From: Catajapyx aquilonaris
Taxonomy: Eukaryota
Length of the DNA stretch: 64,000 nt
Assembly (NCBI GenBank): GCA_000934665.2
Contig: KZ538487.1
Span: 1-64,000, forward strand
Direction of reading: 5' to 3'
Of this stretch, positions 13,823-25,308 are shown piece by piece. Position 1 is the first letter of the stretch. Every line of letters begins with the position of its first letter. The notes under the pieces were generated by a model. It ran no database searches. It was not told where the DNA came from and saw nothing but the letters and a program-made list of their open reading frames with translations. The position numbers were made by a program, and so were the translations under genes.

Positions 13823-14859
13823 ATTTTGTCTCCACGTAAGCTATCTGAAGCCAGTATAGAGCCGTATAACTTACGTTTCGTCAGTGTAAACCAACACTGG
13901 ACTTACTAATTTGCTATTAGGGCTGAATTAGGGCTGCCTGGAAACAATAACAATATGAAGTCATCAGGGTACCCACTCAGCCATATTATTCACTTCTCGC
14001 TCAACATATAGGCTTACCAAGCACAATATCTATCCACGGTTCACAGATCATTCCAAAATACCATCATTTCTACACCTATAATTCGAGTTATTTTAATATA
14101 CTGTAGTTAGCTTACTGTTAGTTAGGTGCAGCTACCCTTAGCGGTCCACAGCTATACGCCTATACCTACGTAATTATTATGAACGTTCATGTCGCAGAGT
14201 AGCTGAAACGGAAGTTGAGGTCCCTTCAAGCTGATTCTGCAGCTTCTTCGGGCTATTTAGGCGGCTAGAGACTATCTGGATCTAGAACTCTAGAAGGATG
14301 CCTCTTGAATAAAACCCAACAGGATGGCTACCAGCACAAGGTCCAGCAGGGGGAGTACGCTGCTTCAGCTTCACAGATGGAGGAGATACTTTACATTTTA
14401 CACTCATCCTACCACAAAACGCCGAAAGATCAAGGGGCACATACACAAGAGGGTGCTATCGCATCACGATCTGATATGTCTATATCGGTCTATACTAAAG
14501 TGATTTCTTGTTTTAAAATGGTAAGTAGAAAAAATAATTCAATAAATAATTTCCTTTGTAGCGGTTTTTCTGAAAATTGAATCAAGTCAATATATTTGAA
14601 GTTTTATCTTCCCCAGAAATTCTTACTTTCAATGCATGAGTGATGATTGACATGTTTTTCCGGGCTGCTTCATTTTTGGAGTCATATCTTTCAAATTGCA
14701 ACAGAGGATTAGTTTACAGTTCTGAACTAACTGTTGGGAAAATTAATCATGATGTATATAGGCCTGCAACAACAACAACGCAAGTTAACCCCACATATGA
14801 ACTAAATTAAAACTTGAGAAAATAAACCTATAAACAACCCCCCCCCCCCACCCCCAAGG

Positions 14860-15167
14860 CCCCAACCTTGCCCATCTCCGACGACGGACAGGGTGGCAGG
14901 TACCCCGAGCCACCATGTGCCGGCCAGCAGGATCCTACGCCAGGGGATGGTCCTCCTCCTGGAAATTTGGCCACTCTGGGGATCTTTAACGTGCACTAGC
15001 GCAATGTCACAAGCACACGGAACCGACGGCTTTACTTCCCCTCCGAAGGAAGACGCACTCTCACTTTTCTACCACCCGGAGAAAAGTCACCGACCTCGGC
15101 CAGGTTCGAACCTACAACCTTGGGACTAGAGGCGAGCGCGCTAACCACCAGACCACCAGCGCCGACT
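14860..15167 (-). mobile_element. tRNA-derived SINE with Deu/Nin-like central domain
   Basis: A box TGGTCTGGTGG, B box GGTTCGAACC, then CCTTCGGAGGGGAAGTAAAGCCGTCGG...GCACGTTAAAGATCCC; 3' boundary approximate. Confidence 0.8.
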
Positions 15168-15419
15168 CCTCCGCGTACCGAGCATCGCGTCGCGTCGGGG
15201 CTCTCCCAGCCCGCCAGATCCCGCCGCCGCGCCGCCTGGTGTGTGTAATTCTGAGTGCTCCTGTCATCTGTGTACCTCCCTCCTCCTCGTCCATTACCCA
15301 CCCCCATTAATAATTAACCTACACCATTTATACCTATCTAAACAAACAACCTTAGCTTCAGCCACGTCCATGGTCCTCTTGACACATGAACGTATAGGCT
15401 TAACACTAGCAACACCAGC

Positions 15420-15424
<5 letters not shown>

Positions 15425-15499
<75 letters not shown>

Positions 15500-15837
15500 C
15501 GGGTTAGTGCACCGCCCTAATTGGGCATCTGGCACGGTACCTTTATTTGCTTAAGATGTACAAGCTTTTACAAGTGGTCCTTTTCCGTAACGCCCGGGTA
15601 CCGCGAGCGAAGGGGGAATGAATAGGAGGGGATGTGCAAAGTGCAAGTGCAATGTCGTTGCTTGGTCATTTTGTGAACTCCCCCGGGTGGCTTAGTCTGT
15701 CGGAAATTGCCACCCGAAATGAAGCCAGAGATGGCCCAACTCTGCACGGATAAAGGTGGGAACCCCGGGTGGGGATTGAACCCGGGACCTTAATATCCGT
15801 GGGCGCGCGCGTTACCGCGGCGCCACTTCATCTCCCT
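15425..15837 (-). mobile_element. tRNA-derived SINE with (ATT)n tail and 11-bp TSD
   Basis: Head GGGAGATGAAGTGGCGCCGCGGTAA...GGTTCAATCCC; tail is the 15421-15499 microsatellite; ACCAGCATAAT is duplicated at 15414-15424 and 15838-15848. Confidence 0.85.
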
Positions 15838-15971
15838 ACCAGCATAATTATGCTGCTTAAGACACTGACCCATTCCTGACCTTCTTCACTATCTCCTCCT
15901 CCTTCATCCTCTCCACATGGCCAAACCATCTTAGAGTAGACCTATACACCTTATCTTTAACAGTCTCCTTA

Positions 15972-16657
15972 AGGCCGAGCGCAAATCATGCAATGTCGGT
16001 GCGATGTTGCAGCGATTTGTTGCATCGAGACAGGATGCGCGCGCAGCTTCATTGCGATGCTACGTCACATCGTACGGCCGACGCAAATATCATGCAATAT
16101 CGGTGCAATCTCAGTACTTCGGATGACCAAAAGGGGGCAGAGTTTCTGAACTTACCTGTGTATTGTGTGAGCCAGCCGCTGCCATGGCTTCTTTCCCCAA
16201 CCCGTTCATGAGGTAGTCCCGAACGTGACGTCTGAAGTAATCTTCATCTTTATGGTCCCACAGACTCGGTTTTGCTGAAAATACAGCCAATTGATGACCG
16301 GTGCCCAACTCAACATCAACCCCTTCGGCCCCAGGGCTCTTTTCCTCCTATATTGCCATCCCCTATACGCTTGTAGGCGACTGGGGCCGAAGGGAGTTAA
16401 CTATGATTAAGTGAACTTGCAACGGTAAAACGCAATTATTAAAGTCTCCTCCGCCTCGTAAGTCCATTCCGGCCTGGTCGGCGCCATCTTGGAAATTGCC
16501 TCCGATTGGGGGAGTTTTCAAGCAGTGCTGGAAACCTGCAACNGTGCTGGAAACTTGCAACACCCCTGCGATCTCTGCGGAAAGCGGCGCTCGCACCCTG
16601 CGCCTGCAACAAGTCGCTGCAACTTCGCACCGACATTGCATGATTTGCGCTCGGCCA
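15972..16657 (-). mobile_element. Non-autonomous PIF/Harbinger-type element carrying a MADF/Myb-like exon remnant
   Basis: About 52-bp TIR GGCCGAGCGCAAATCATGCAATGTCGGTGCGA; TTA on both sides; internal 16359-16156 encodes ...FSAKPSLWDHKDEDYFRRHVRDYLMNGLGKE followed by a GTAAGT donor. Confidence 0.82.
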
Positions 16658-17054
16658 TTACACCTCTGCAAAATCTCCTCATTCCTAATCGTATCCAACT
16701 TAGTAACCCCACAAACAGCCCGGAGATAACGCATCTCCGTAGCCAACACCCTACTCTCATGCCTATCTGACCAAACCCACGTTTCACTACCATACATAAG
16801 TGAAGGAACAATAACATGCGAATTGACAGACAATCTACAGGCATCAGAAGTCCTTATTTCTAGAAAACTTACTTGTGGCACCTATTACTTTCAACCCAAA
16901 ACTAACTCTCCTGTCAATCTCCCCATCCATTCTACCATTACTCTCAAGGACACTACCCAGGTATACAAACTGGTTGACCTGCTCAACCAGTTTTCCTCGT
17001 ACCTGCAACATACACGGAGAAACCTGCTGTCCTCTTTCAAATACCTATACCTTA

Positions 17055-17184
17055 TGGCCGGTTTCACCGAGCCCGGTTTTGATTTTTTTTAGAACCGTTC
17101 TTTCGAAAAATCCCTGCAAATAGAATAGGGATTTTCCAAAAGAACAGGGGTTTTTATCAAAACCGGGCTCGGTGAAACCGGCCA
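17055..17184. mobile_element. 130-bp PIF/Harbinger-type MITE with TTA TSD
   Basis: TTA|TGGCCGGTTTCACCGAGCCCGGTTTTGAT...ATCAAAACCGGGCTCGGTGAAACCGGCCA|TTA. Confidence 0.93.
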
Positions 17185-19075
17185 TTAGTGGCTTAGTCTT
17201 ATCTATACGTTAATCCTCATACCCCCCTTCTCACACACATGGTCTAACTCGGATAGACTCAACTGTAAATCAGCCTCACTCTCCGCCAGAACCAAGAAGG
17301 GCATAATCATCCGCATACAGCAAGTGACTAACAACTATCTCATCACCAATATGTACTCCTACACCTTCAATCATAGCTTCCCTTACATATGCATCTACGA
17401 GTAAATACAAGTTAAGTGACCAGGGAGACATGACACAACCCTGCTTAACCCCAACACTGACGAATGTTAAACCAGTCAGAGAAGCCCCCACTATAGTGTT
17501 AACACAATCTCTACTATTTTTATACAAGGACTTTACAGCCTCCAACAGGCGACCCTTCACTCCAGCATAGTGACTCAGAACTTCCCACAAACCTTCCCTA
17601 TACTTATTGTGTCATAGGTTTTCTCTAAGTCTACAAAGGCAACATAAACCTTTTTGTTTACAGCTAAATACTTTTCTATCACAAGGCCTATCATACAGAA
17701 TATGATTGCGATCTACACAACTCTTACCCGACATAAACCCACTCTGAATATTCAGCATGCGCTGTATAGGCCTGCATTTACTAATAAGCCTATAATGATG
17801 CAGCATTTATTATGAAGTGCAACATTCAAAAACATTCCCATTGGAGGCCAATAATTGCTAGTTTTCAAATACAACGGCGAAAAATATTTCTCGTTAACTG
17901 ACCATGGCTAAACTTTGTGGTGTTCTGTCCAAGTGTCCTATGGATTAAGAAAGGAGTAGCCTACATAGGAGAATACGTTATGCATTATTTACCACACTAA
18001 TCTGTTAAAAATATATGTATCATAGCCCTCTATAAGCAATGATCTGAACCCCTAGCGTCACAATTCCTACTTTATTCACCTGTATTCTCCGCTCGTGAAC
18101 TTGAGACTTTGGCCAATGCTCTACCCTGTATTATAATTATTATAATAATAAAGTATATTCATAAGAGTATAGTCAGTAACTCAAATTTAAAAGCAAAAAG
18201 TTTTATTTCAAATGTTATCGGGAATGATCGTGCAGCTCTGATCTGTTACACGTCAAAGAACTAAAAAGTAGTACTTCATCCCCCCCCCCCCATTAACACC
18301 ATATAAAAAGTTTCTTGCATAAAATTCTCATTACTCATCATATCAACACCTTTACATGTACTGTATTATAGACTATAGGTTATTTTATTTAAAAAAACAG
18401 CTAGCAGGCCGGCTTCGTAAGGAACATGAGGTGGCAGAGCGCAGCGGGCTAGACAAGCCGGTGTTGCAGTGATAATTAACACGTTCTCTACGACGTATTA
18501 ATGTATACCGGTATGCCTGCAGCAGGAGCTAGCGTGATGCACGTGTAGTCTACTATAGCCCAGCCTCCAGTAGAATTCCCGTCTATAGACTTATAGGTTC
18601 ACCCTATTAACAATAATATTTATTCTATTCTTATAGGTCTGTGAAAGGCCCGCATGTGGGGAATGTGAGCAGGACATGTGCTGTGAATATGAAACTGAGA
18701 CACTCATAGAAATGCCATTTCAGCTAGACCACTCTCTTTGTCAATAAATAAGGCAAAAATAATTTTGCCCTAAAAATAGAGGTAGACTATATGCGGGTGG
18801 GTGAAGGAAGTGAATGCCACATACGTATGGATAGGTACTTTAATAAATTAGTAGTTATTTTTATAATGTAGGTACTGAAGCAGAAAGCTTTATTAATTCA
18901 TGAGCGAATAGATTATTGCCCTCTTAACATGATGACGCTTTTCATGTCGTCTTGAGGTAGGCTGTTACATGCAACACGTACTATGCCGGTAATTCTTTCT
19001 TTATTTTATTTTTGCTCAGATGCTCCACATGATTTCCATTTTACCTCTCTTTCCGTACATTGGGTGCTCTACGTA

Positions 19076-19330
19076 CAGGGTGTTCCAAGTTCGTGGGGCC
19101 TTTTATAATAGTTATAATTATATGAAATTCCTTTCAACGCTGTTATTTTTTGTAGCTTGTTGTGCCCCGATACAGGTTTCCTATTCTATAGCCACCGCTA
19201 CATTCGACCACCTGATCGCTGATAGTACTGATGCACCTGAAATCTGGGCGTAACCAGCTACACAAAAATAACTACTTCGGACGATATTATTGATAACAAA
19301 AAAATCTACCCACGAACTCGGAACAACCTG
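19076..19330. mobile_element. Older Tc1/mariner-type MITE
   Basis: TA|CAGGGTGTTCCAAGTTCGTGGG...CCCACGAACTCGGAACAACCTG; a solo end of the same type lies at ~31609-31631. Confidence 0.75.
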
Positions 19331-19724
19331 TGTAGGACCTAATAGATCCTCATGCTATCCTGTCAATTTTTACAAATCATCCTTTGTGAGTGTCCATCAT
19401 GTACTATATCGCTGTAAAAATGGAAAGGATTTTGTATTTGGTTTCAATACAAAATCGTCTTCATATTTTTGAGCGACAAAGTACAACCCTCTTCGAACAC
19501 CCGCCAGAAATACGAGCCTCAAGAATCTAGGGACTACTCCGCCATCTAACGCAACATCTAACAATCCGCTATGGATGTGCTGCAACACAAGGACGTTAGA
19601 TGGCAGGACATGACCCTCACGGATTGCATCGGATTGCATTGTCATGAACACGGTCTTACAGGTCATGAATCGTATTATTATTCTGAATAATAATTCCGAG
19701 GTAATGCCTTTTCTGCCCGTAGAC

Positions 19725-20087
19725 CAGTGCTTCCCAAAAGCATAATAACTTATTTGGGGTCGCGAGGGAGGGTAACAAATTATTTCAACAAAATGATTCT
19801 AGGCCCTACAAGACAACAAATATGCTCGTCAACTAACTTATAGAAGATCATTGCCTATACCAGCTATGCCTACCACTATGTATTTTGTATACGGTATACC
19901 CTACTGTACGGTATAATGTATTTTCATGTTGGTGGCAAAAATTGCGCATATCTGGTGGGGGTGACGGGAGAAGAAAGTGCGGAAGTGGGGGAAGGGGGGA
20001 GGGACGGGGTTGAATTGGCAAGTGGGGGATCGCGAATTTTACGAGACAATTTTGTGGGATCGCCAACGAAATTTTTTGGAAGAACTG
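19725..20087. mobile_element. hAT (Charlie-like) MITE with 8-bp TSD
   Basis: CAGTGCTTCCCAAA...TTTGGAAGAACTG; TSD CCGTAGAC / CTGTAGAC. Confidence 0.82.
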
Positions 20088-21022
20088 CTGTAGACAGAGA
20101 ATGGGGTTTCCCCTCGCGTCTTACATCTGTGTAAGCAGCAGTGCAGTGTTCCAGAAGTTTTGATATACGGTAGTTTAACAGCAAGGACCAATTTTTAGTC
20201 CACTATCAACAGGTCGGGCAACTTTATGCTGGCATGCCTATGTTAAAATTATCTAAAGGGAGTACGTACAGCATCCATATTTCCTGCCAGAGAGAGGCAT
20301 ACTACTGATGGATGCATTCATGTGTTGTGAATGCACGCGATAACTCTTGCAGTTCGTAAAGCCCATGTCGTTCTCGCTGCCTCCTACGTGCCCTACAGCT
20401 ATACCCGTGCATAGCCATATAGGCCTACATGTAATAGACTTTTTATGAAGGTATTCACCGTCAGAAAACTCAAGGATGAAGTTATCAACTCAGGAAACCC
20501 ACCTTTTTTTATTCCAAAACAAAAAGCATCCAAACCTATAATTATAATGTTATATACGGTGACACTGCAGTACCACCCATACCGGTACATAACTTACAAA
20601 AACTGTGCATTGCGTAAAATCAAAGCGTTTATATAGGACTATAGCCTACGTATGAGCTCTAGACAAAAAATAATGTGACTCGTCTATTCATGTCTTAGCC
20701 CACTATATAACGTTGAATGCAGACCTGCAGCTGCTAATATTTGTGATAAATGATATTGGCGAACAATATAGCCTGTTACGTTAGTCAACAATAACTGAGT
20801 TTTAATATTTCATCTAATATAAGAAATAATGTTCAATAAAAATTATTGTGGTATACACTGCAAAATCGATCCTGGAAGACATGGCTTCGATGTCCAATAA
20901 AGACTATAATGAAAGCTTCACTGGCCAAGTTTGACACATGATCATTTATCAATATGCCCCATTTGCACGAATAATGAAAATCCTAATGTTCAGTGCTATT
21001 GGCTATTTATCAGAAATTTCTA

Positions 21023-21390
21023 CTGTAGGGGAGACCGGGGCTATAGATGGCACACTTTTTACATTTCATTTTTTCTGAGGCCAGTTAAGATTATTTTTAT
21101 TCACTATAACTTTTATACTGATAAATACTTTAGACATTTTAGCATATATGTGATATTTTCACATGTTTGCATTTTAAATATGCTATTCACTAGAAATTAT
21201 TTAAAAAGCCTCTGTACGTGTGCCATCGTGCCCTTTGCGATTGAATTGAAAATAGGATGTAATGTGGAGCATGCATATCTGCACCTACCACATAAGCATC
21301 ATGTCCGTGAACATAATAGCCTCTTCAAAATTTTGACTGTGCCATCCTACCCCTGTAGCCATCGGGATCGTGCCCCTGTCTCCCCTACAG
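21023..21390. mobile_element. TA-flanked MITE (pogo-like)
   Basis: TA|CTGTAGGGGAGACCGGGGC...GCCCCTGTCTCCCCTACAG|TA. Confidence 0.85.
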
Positions 21391-21984
21391 TATACAAGAC
21401 ACGGGGTATGAGGTGCCCTCGATCACCTTGTAGCAGGTTACAAAGAATGTCAACTGATAATATCAATACTGTCGCGTAGGCTACTTTGTCTTGAAACGTA
21501 AATTATGAATAACTTACATTAAAATTGTTTGTGTTCCTACATGTATATTCATTGGAAGATTTAGTGCAGGACCACCGATTTTTGTGCCACACTAGCAAAA
21601 ACAATATTACAATGGACATCATATTGCAAAGAAGCGGACGAATTTGACAGTATTGAATGGTTATACATACCGATGGCTTTCCTGCTCCTCTGCGGACCAC
21701 GCCTTGGACTTGTCCAAACTTCCTAATAAGGTTGTAACTGCTGAGAGTGCCGCGATGTTTCTTACGCCCCGTACCCCTCTCGGACTAGGTTGAAATGCAT
21801 GAGAGGGATAATAATCAAATAACATTGGGCCGTTCTGTTCAGCGTGAAAGTTATGCAGGCGCATCAGACAGGGGGACATCTGATAATCAGATAATGAACA
21901 ACAGTTTCATACAGTACAGGCGGCCTACACGAAAATTGTTTCACCTTGATTAATAATCAAGTGTATCATAATTATGTCCGAAGG

Positions 21985-22277
21985 TAGTAGATGTAATTGC
22001 TCATGAGTGCTAAATGATGTAACCTAATGCTCTTTTGCAATGTGAAGAGATATGGCTCCAAAAAAGACGCAGTTTGGGAAACTATCCTCATCATCCTATA
22101 ATCCCTACGAGACTGTGAGGGAGGAAAGGGAGAACCCGAGAAAACCCACCGAATATGGAGAGAAACTCTCGAAACCCTTTACATCACACGAGGTGTCCTC
22201 TGTCCGACCAGGGATCGAACGCCAGACCTCAGTATTGGAAGGCTGTGACGTTGGCCACTACACCACAGCAGTGACAC
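21985..22277 (-). mobile_element. tRNA-derived SINE
   Basis: A box TGGTGTAGTGG, B box GTTCGATCC, then GTGGGTTTTCTCGGGTTCTCCCTTTCCTCCC; a decayed homologue lies at ~58612-58677 (+); 3' boundary approximate. Confidence 0.72.
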
Positions 22278-22558
22278 CACTCCTTCGGACTAACTAGGCT
22301 ATACTTACGAAGTTAGTACATGTACTCTTGTTGATTCATCCAGCTACCGGGGTGCAACTTTAAATCCCGGCTAACAGGAATTTTCGTTGATATGGATCAT
22401 TCTGAGCTAACTGCTGAGACATCCTGCATATAGGTCTGTGCCCTAAATAGCGGCCCTAAATACACTACAAACTTTATAGTTAGAGTGTTCAGGACCCTCA
22501 AGTTGTCTTCTTGCTATGCCTAGTTTGACATGGCGGTAGACTCTATACAGTATTTCGA

Positions 22559-22619
<61 letters not shown>
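22559..22619. repeat. (TTA)n microsatellite
   Basis: Perfect trinucleotide run. Confidence 0.97.
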
Positions 22620-22620
<1 letters not shown>

Positions 22621-23094
22621 ACAGGATTCATGATGTGACAATTTCGCCTCTTTCTGATATTCATATCATCCTATTAGTGTAATAGACCTACAGAGCTTGA
22701 TCAAATGAAAACGAGAATTGTGCCATAAGGATTTCAAAAAACCAGATGTTTGGGATGCCGTTTGACACAGACACTTGCGGACTCATTAAGTAGGTTACGC
22801 ATAATTTCAGACTGTTTGTCGATTGGTGAAAGGGGAATCGGGCAGTATGTAGCCTATAGCATGCTGTGAAAAGATCGCGGCGGCAGTTCAGTAGACTGCT
22901 TTTGTTTTGTTTTTGAACATGGTGTAAACATTGGCTGTCTAACAGTTTTTTGAGCACCACACTATCCATAAAATATGATTGCGTATAGTAAAACCTGCCT
23001 GTAATGGACTCTGTGGATCGGCTGCCCTGGACACGGCGAAAAGTTCAACAAAATTTGAGTCCCGGAAGTGGATTTTTCAATGCATTATTTCTGT

Positions 23095-23273
23095 CCTACA
23101 TGTTTGACTGATATTAATACTGTAGTAACTACAGTATTAATATCAGTCAAACATGTAGGCCAGATTATTTGCCAATACTTTACAACTGTTGTAAGGTATT
23201 GGTAAATAATCTGGCTTAGGTATTGTTGCTGTTATCAGGTAACGTCCAGACTCCAGAGAGTAGTCCTCTCTGG
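23095..23273. repeat. Three consecutive hairpins (32-bp perfect, 28-bp with two mismatches, 8-bp)
   Basis: 23095-23159, 23159-23215 and 23253-23273; arms checked base by base. Confidence 0.92.
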
Positions 23274-24020
23274 CGACCATGATGCAAACGACTAGCTTGA
23301 ATTTTCCCCACAGTGAGGCGCTGCCATTTACTTAGTTCTCCGAGAGAATATCCTGGGGTTTGGCGCTAAGTCCCACAGCTTTTCTCTGTGGATGAAGACT
23401 ATTCTGTTTAAATAGGGAAAACGGCCCCAGTTTTGCCACCATACCCTGTTTATCCATCTTGTTTTCTTTATTATCATTGCTTGCTCTATTTCTTGTCATT
23501 CCTCCAAACCTTTCAGGGCCGGTTTTATGAACATTTGACATTATCCTGAAAGATGAAAAAGTGTAGTGTTATTATCTAAGTGACTGGAGAAGCGGCCTAA
23601 CGCATTTAAAGTTATCATACAGTACCACTGCGCCAGCCTTTTTTTGTCCAAAGACATCTCCAATCGTCCAATATATAATTAACATTTTGTTCGAAGAGAC
23701 ATTTTATCCAAATATTTCGTCCGACGAACTGTACATTTGATAGCACCTGATGAAATTTTCTTGCTCAATGTAGCCAATTACAACAGGACGAAAAATTATA
23801 TTGGTCAAAATGATGTTGAAAGTTGCAACCCTCCTAATCCCTAATTGTTACTGCAAATGATGTTGAAAGTTGCATGAAATGAATTTAAATAACAAGGTGC
23901 TGGGCAGAACTGAAGTCATAACCTGACCCCTCCCTTTAAAGTGATGATTTCAGCATTCTCCACCAAATTAATATTATCGAGAGCTACAATTTTAATTGAT
24001 TTTAATGCATAAATTTTAAT

Positions 24021-24075
24021 TAATATTGCTGGTAGTGGTAGTCTAGGAACTAGACTACCACTACCAGCAATATTA
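24021..24075. repeat. Perfect 26-bp inverted repeat with GAA loop
   Basis: TAATATTGCTGGTAGTGGTAGTCTAG-GAA-CTAGACTACCACTACCAGCAATATTA. Confidence 0.95.
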
Positions 24076-24796
24076 TACTTGTAGTAATATATCTTGTAGA
24101 TGCCACCCACTGTCTACCCCACACGCCTTTTACCCTATAGTATATTATACTCTGATATAAGTATCGAACATACAGTAGGTGCACCATACCGCCCTCAGTC
24201 AAAATGACGGTTACGAAATAAATGAGCAGCAAAGTATTTGATAATTTTATCGATATGAAATTTAATTAGGGGCCAGGCTAAATTAGTGTTAACAAAAGTG
24301 TCAGAAATGATAACATGATTAGGCTGGAACGACATAGGACGAGCAGCCTTAATAATGATCAATTTCTCAGAGTCGTTTAATTTGCTGAATAGCTTTCTCT
24401 TGCGAATAAATGCGTGTAATATTATTACGCTGATTACAGACTTTACTTTAATATGAGGCAACACTAGAGGATACTGTGATAAAATGAAAATACACCAGCA
24501 AAAATCCTGCAAAAGTAGGCTCGTCATGCCAACACAATTCACGAGTTAGCACTGCCAGAAGAGGACAATTTTATTTTTACTTGACATGTACCCTTTCCAT
24601 TTTGTTGATTAAATAATAATGACTTGGTTCTGTATACACGGTAGCAGTGTGCAGTGCGGAAGTTATCCATTCCGGTGTCTGGAAAATAAAACTACATTTT
24701 TGATGTGCAACACTTGCAGTATGTATGGCCCACTGTTATAGAGTTAGTTACTGCTAACACTATTTTCTGGTATAAAGGCCTGTAACAAAATTGATA

Positions 24797-24802
24797 TTTA
24801 TT
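24797..24802 (-). terminator. Candidate Hdc polyadenylation signal AATAAA
   Basis: AATAAA on the minus strand about 355 nt after the stop; another lies near 24570. Confidence 0.4.
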
Positions 24803-25156
24803 CCGAATAAGGTGTGCTTACACCACAAATACTTGGGTTGAACTCATCTTTAATGTGATCATCTTCCTATACATCAACAACACGCAAATCACGACATGAA
24901 ACACATCTAAAACATGACACGACCATCTCACTACCCAATCATCATGTTGGCATTCCCCTCTAGTAGTATGTGCTAATTACAATCTATTCTGGTTTGACGA
25001 ACATGGTGACAGTATCCACTGAAATAAAATACGTGAATGTAATATGGGCTTTACCAGGATACCTGCATTACGATGACACAAAACTACAATGACCTCGGGA
25101 AGGGGCGTAATCGGAGAAGAGAGTGTGAGTGGACTGCCTGCATGCAAGTGAATGAC

Positions 25157-25308
25157 CTAATGGACTTTAGTGCCCAGAGTATGACCGCACTTTCTGCACT
25201 GGATCGAAGGGTCATTTGCTGGATCCGGTTCCTGAGGAACTGCCGCTGTGGACCCGTCGTCCACCGAACGAGACCGGTGCCGAGGAGGTGACGAATCCGT
25301 CTGGATGC
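25157..25308 (-). CDS. Hdc: Hdc probable terminal exon 16 ([18 protein letters not shown]...[15 protein letters not shown])
   Basis: Strong acceptor TTCCCATTGCAG in the correct phase (1); open to TAG. Homology support is weaker than for the core exons. Confidence 0.72.

Larger units (their letters stand above)
15860..17750 (-). mobile_element. Degenerate RTE-type LINE (reverse transcriptase and C-terminal region), interrupted by two Harbinger-type insertions
   Basis: QSGFMSGKSCVD, GVKQGCVMSPW, LLYADD, PSLMYGSETW...EMRYLRAVCGVTKLDTIRNEEI, LRWFGHVERM; frameshifted. Confidence 0.9.

Noticed and set aside
15338..15535. Poly-Ile ORF (also poly-Ile/Leu at 59510-59784)
   Set aside because: Translation of (TAA)n microsatellites.
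20931..21479. Longest ORF in the track (182 aa)
   Set aside because: Spans an AT-rich MITE, has low-information composition and no recognisable domain.
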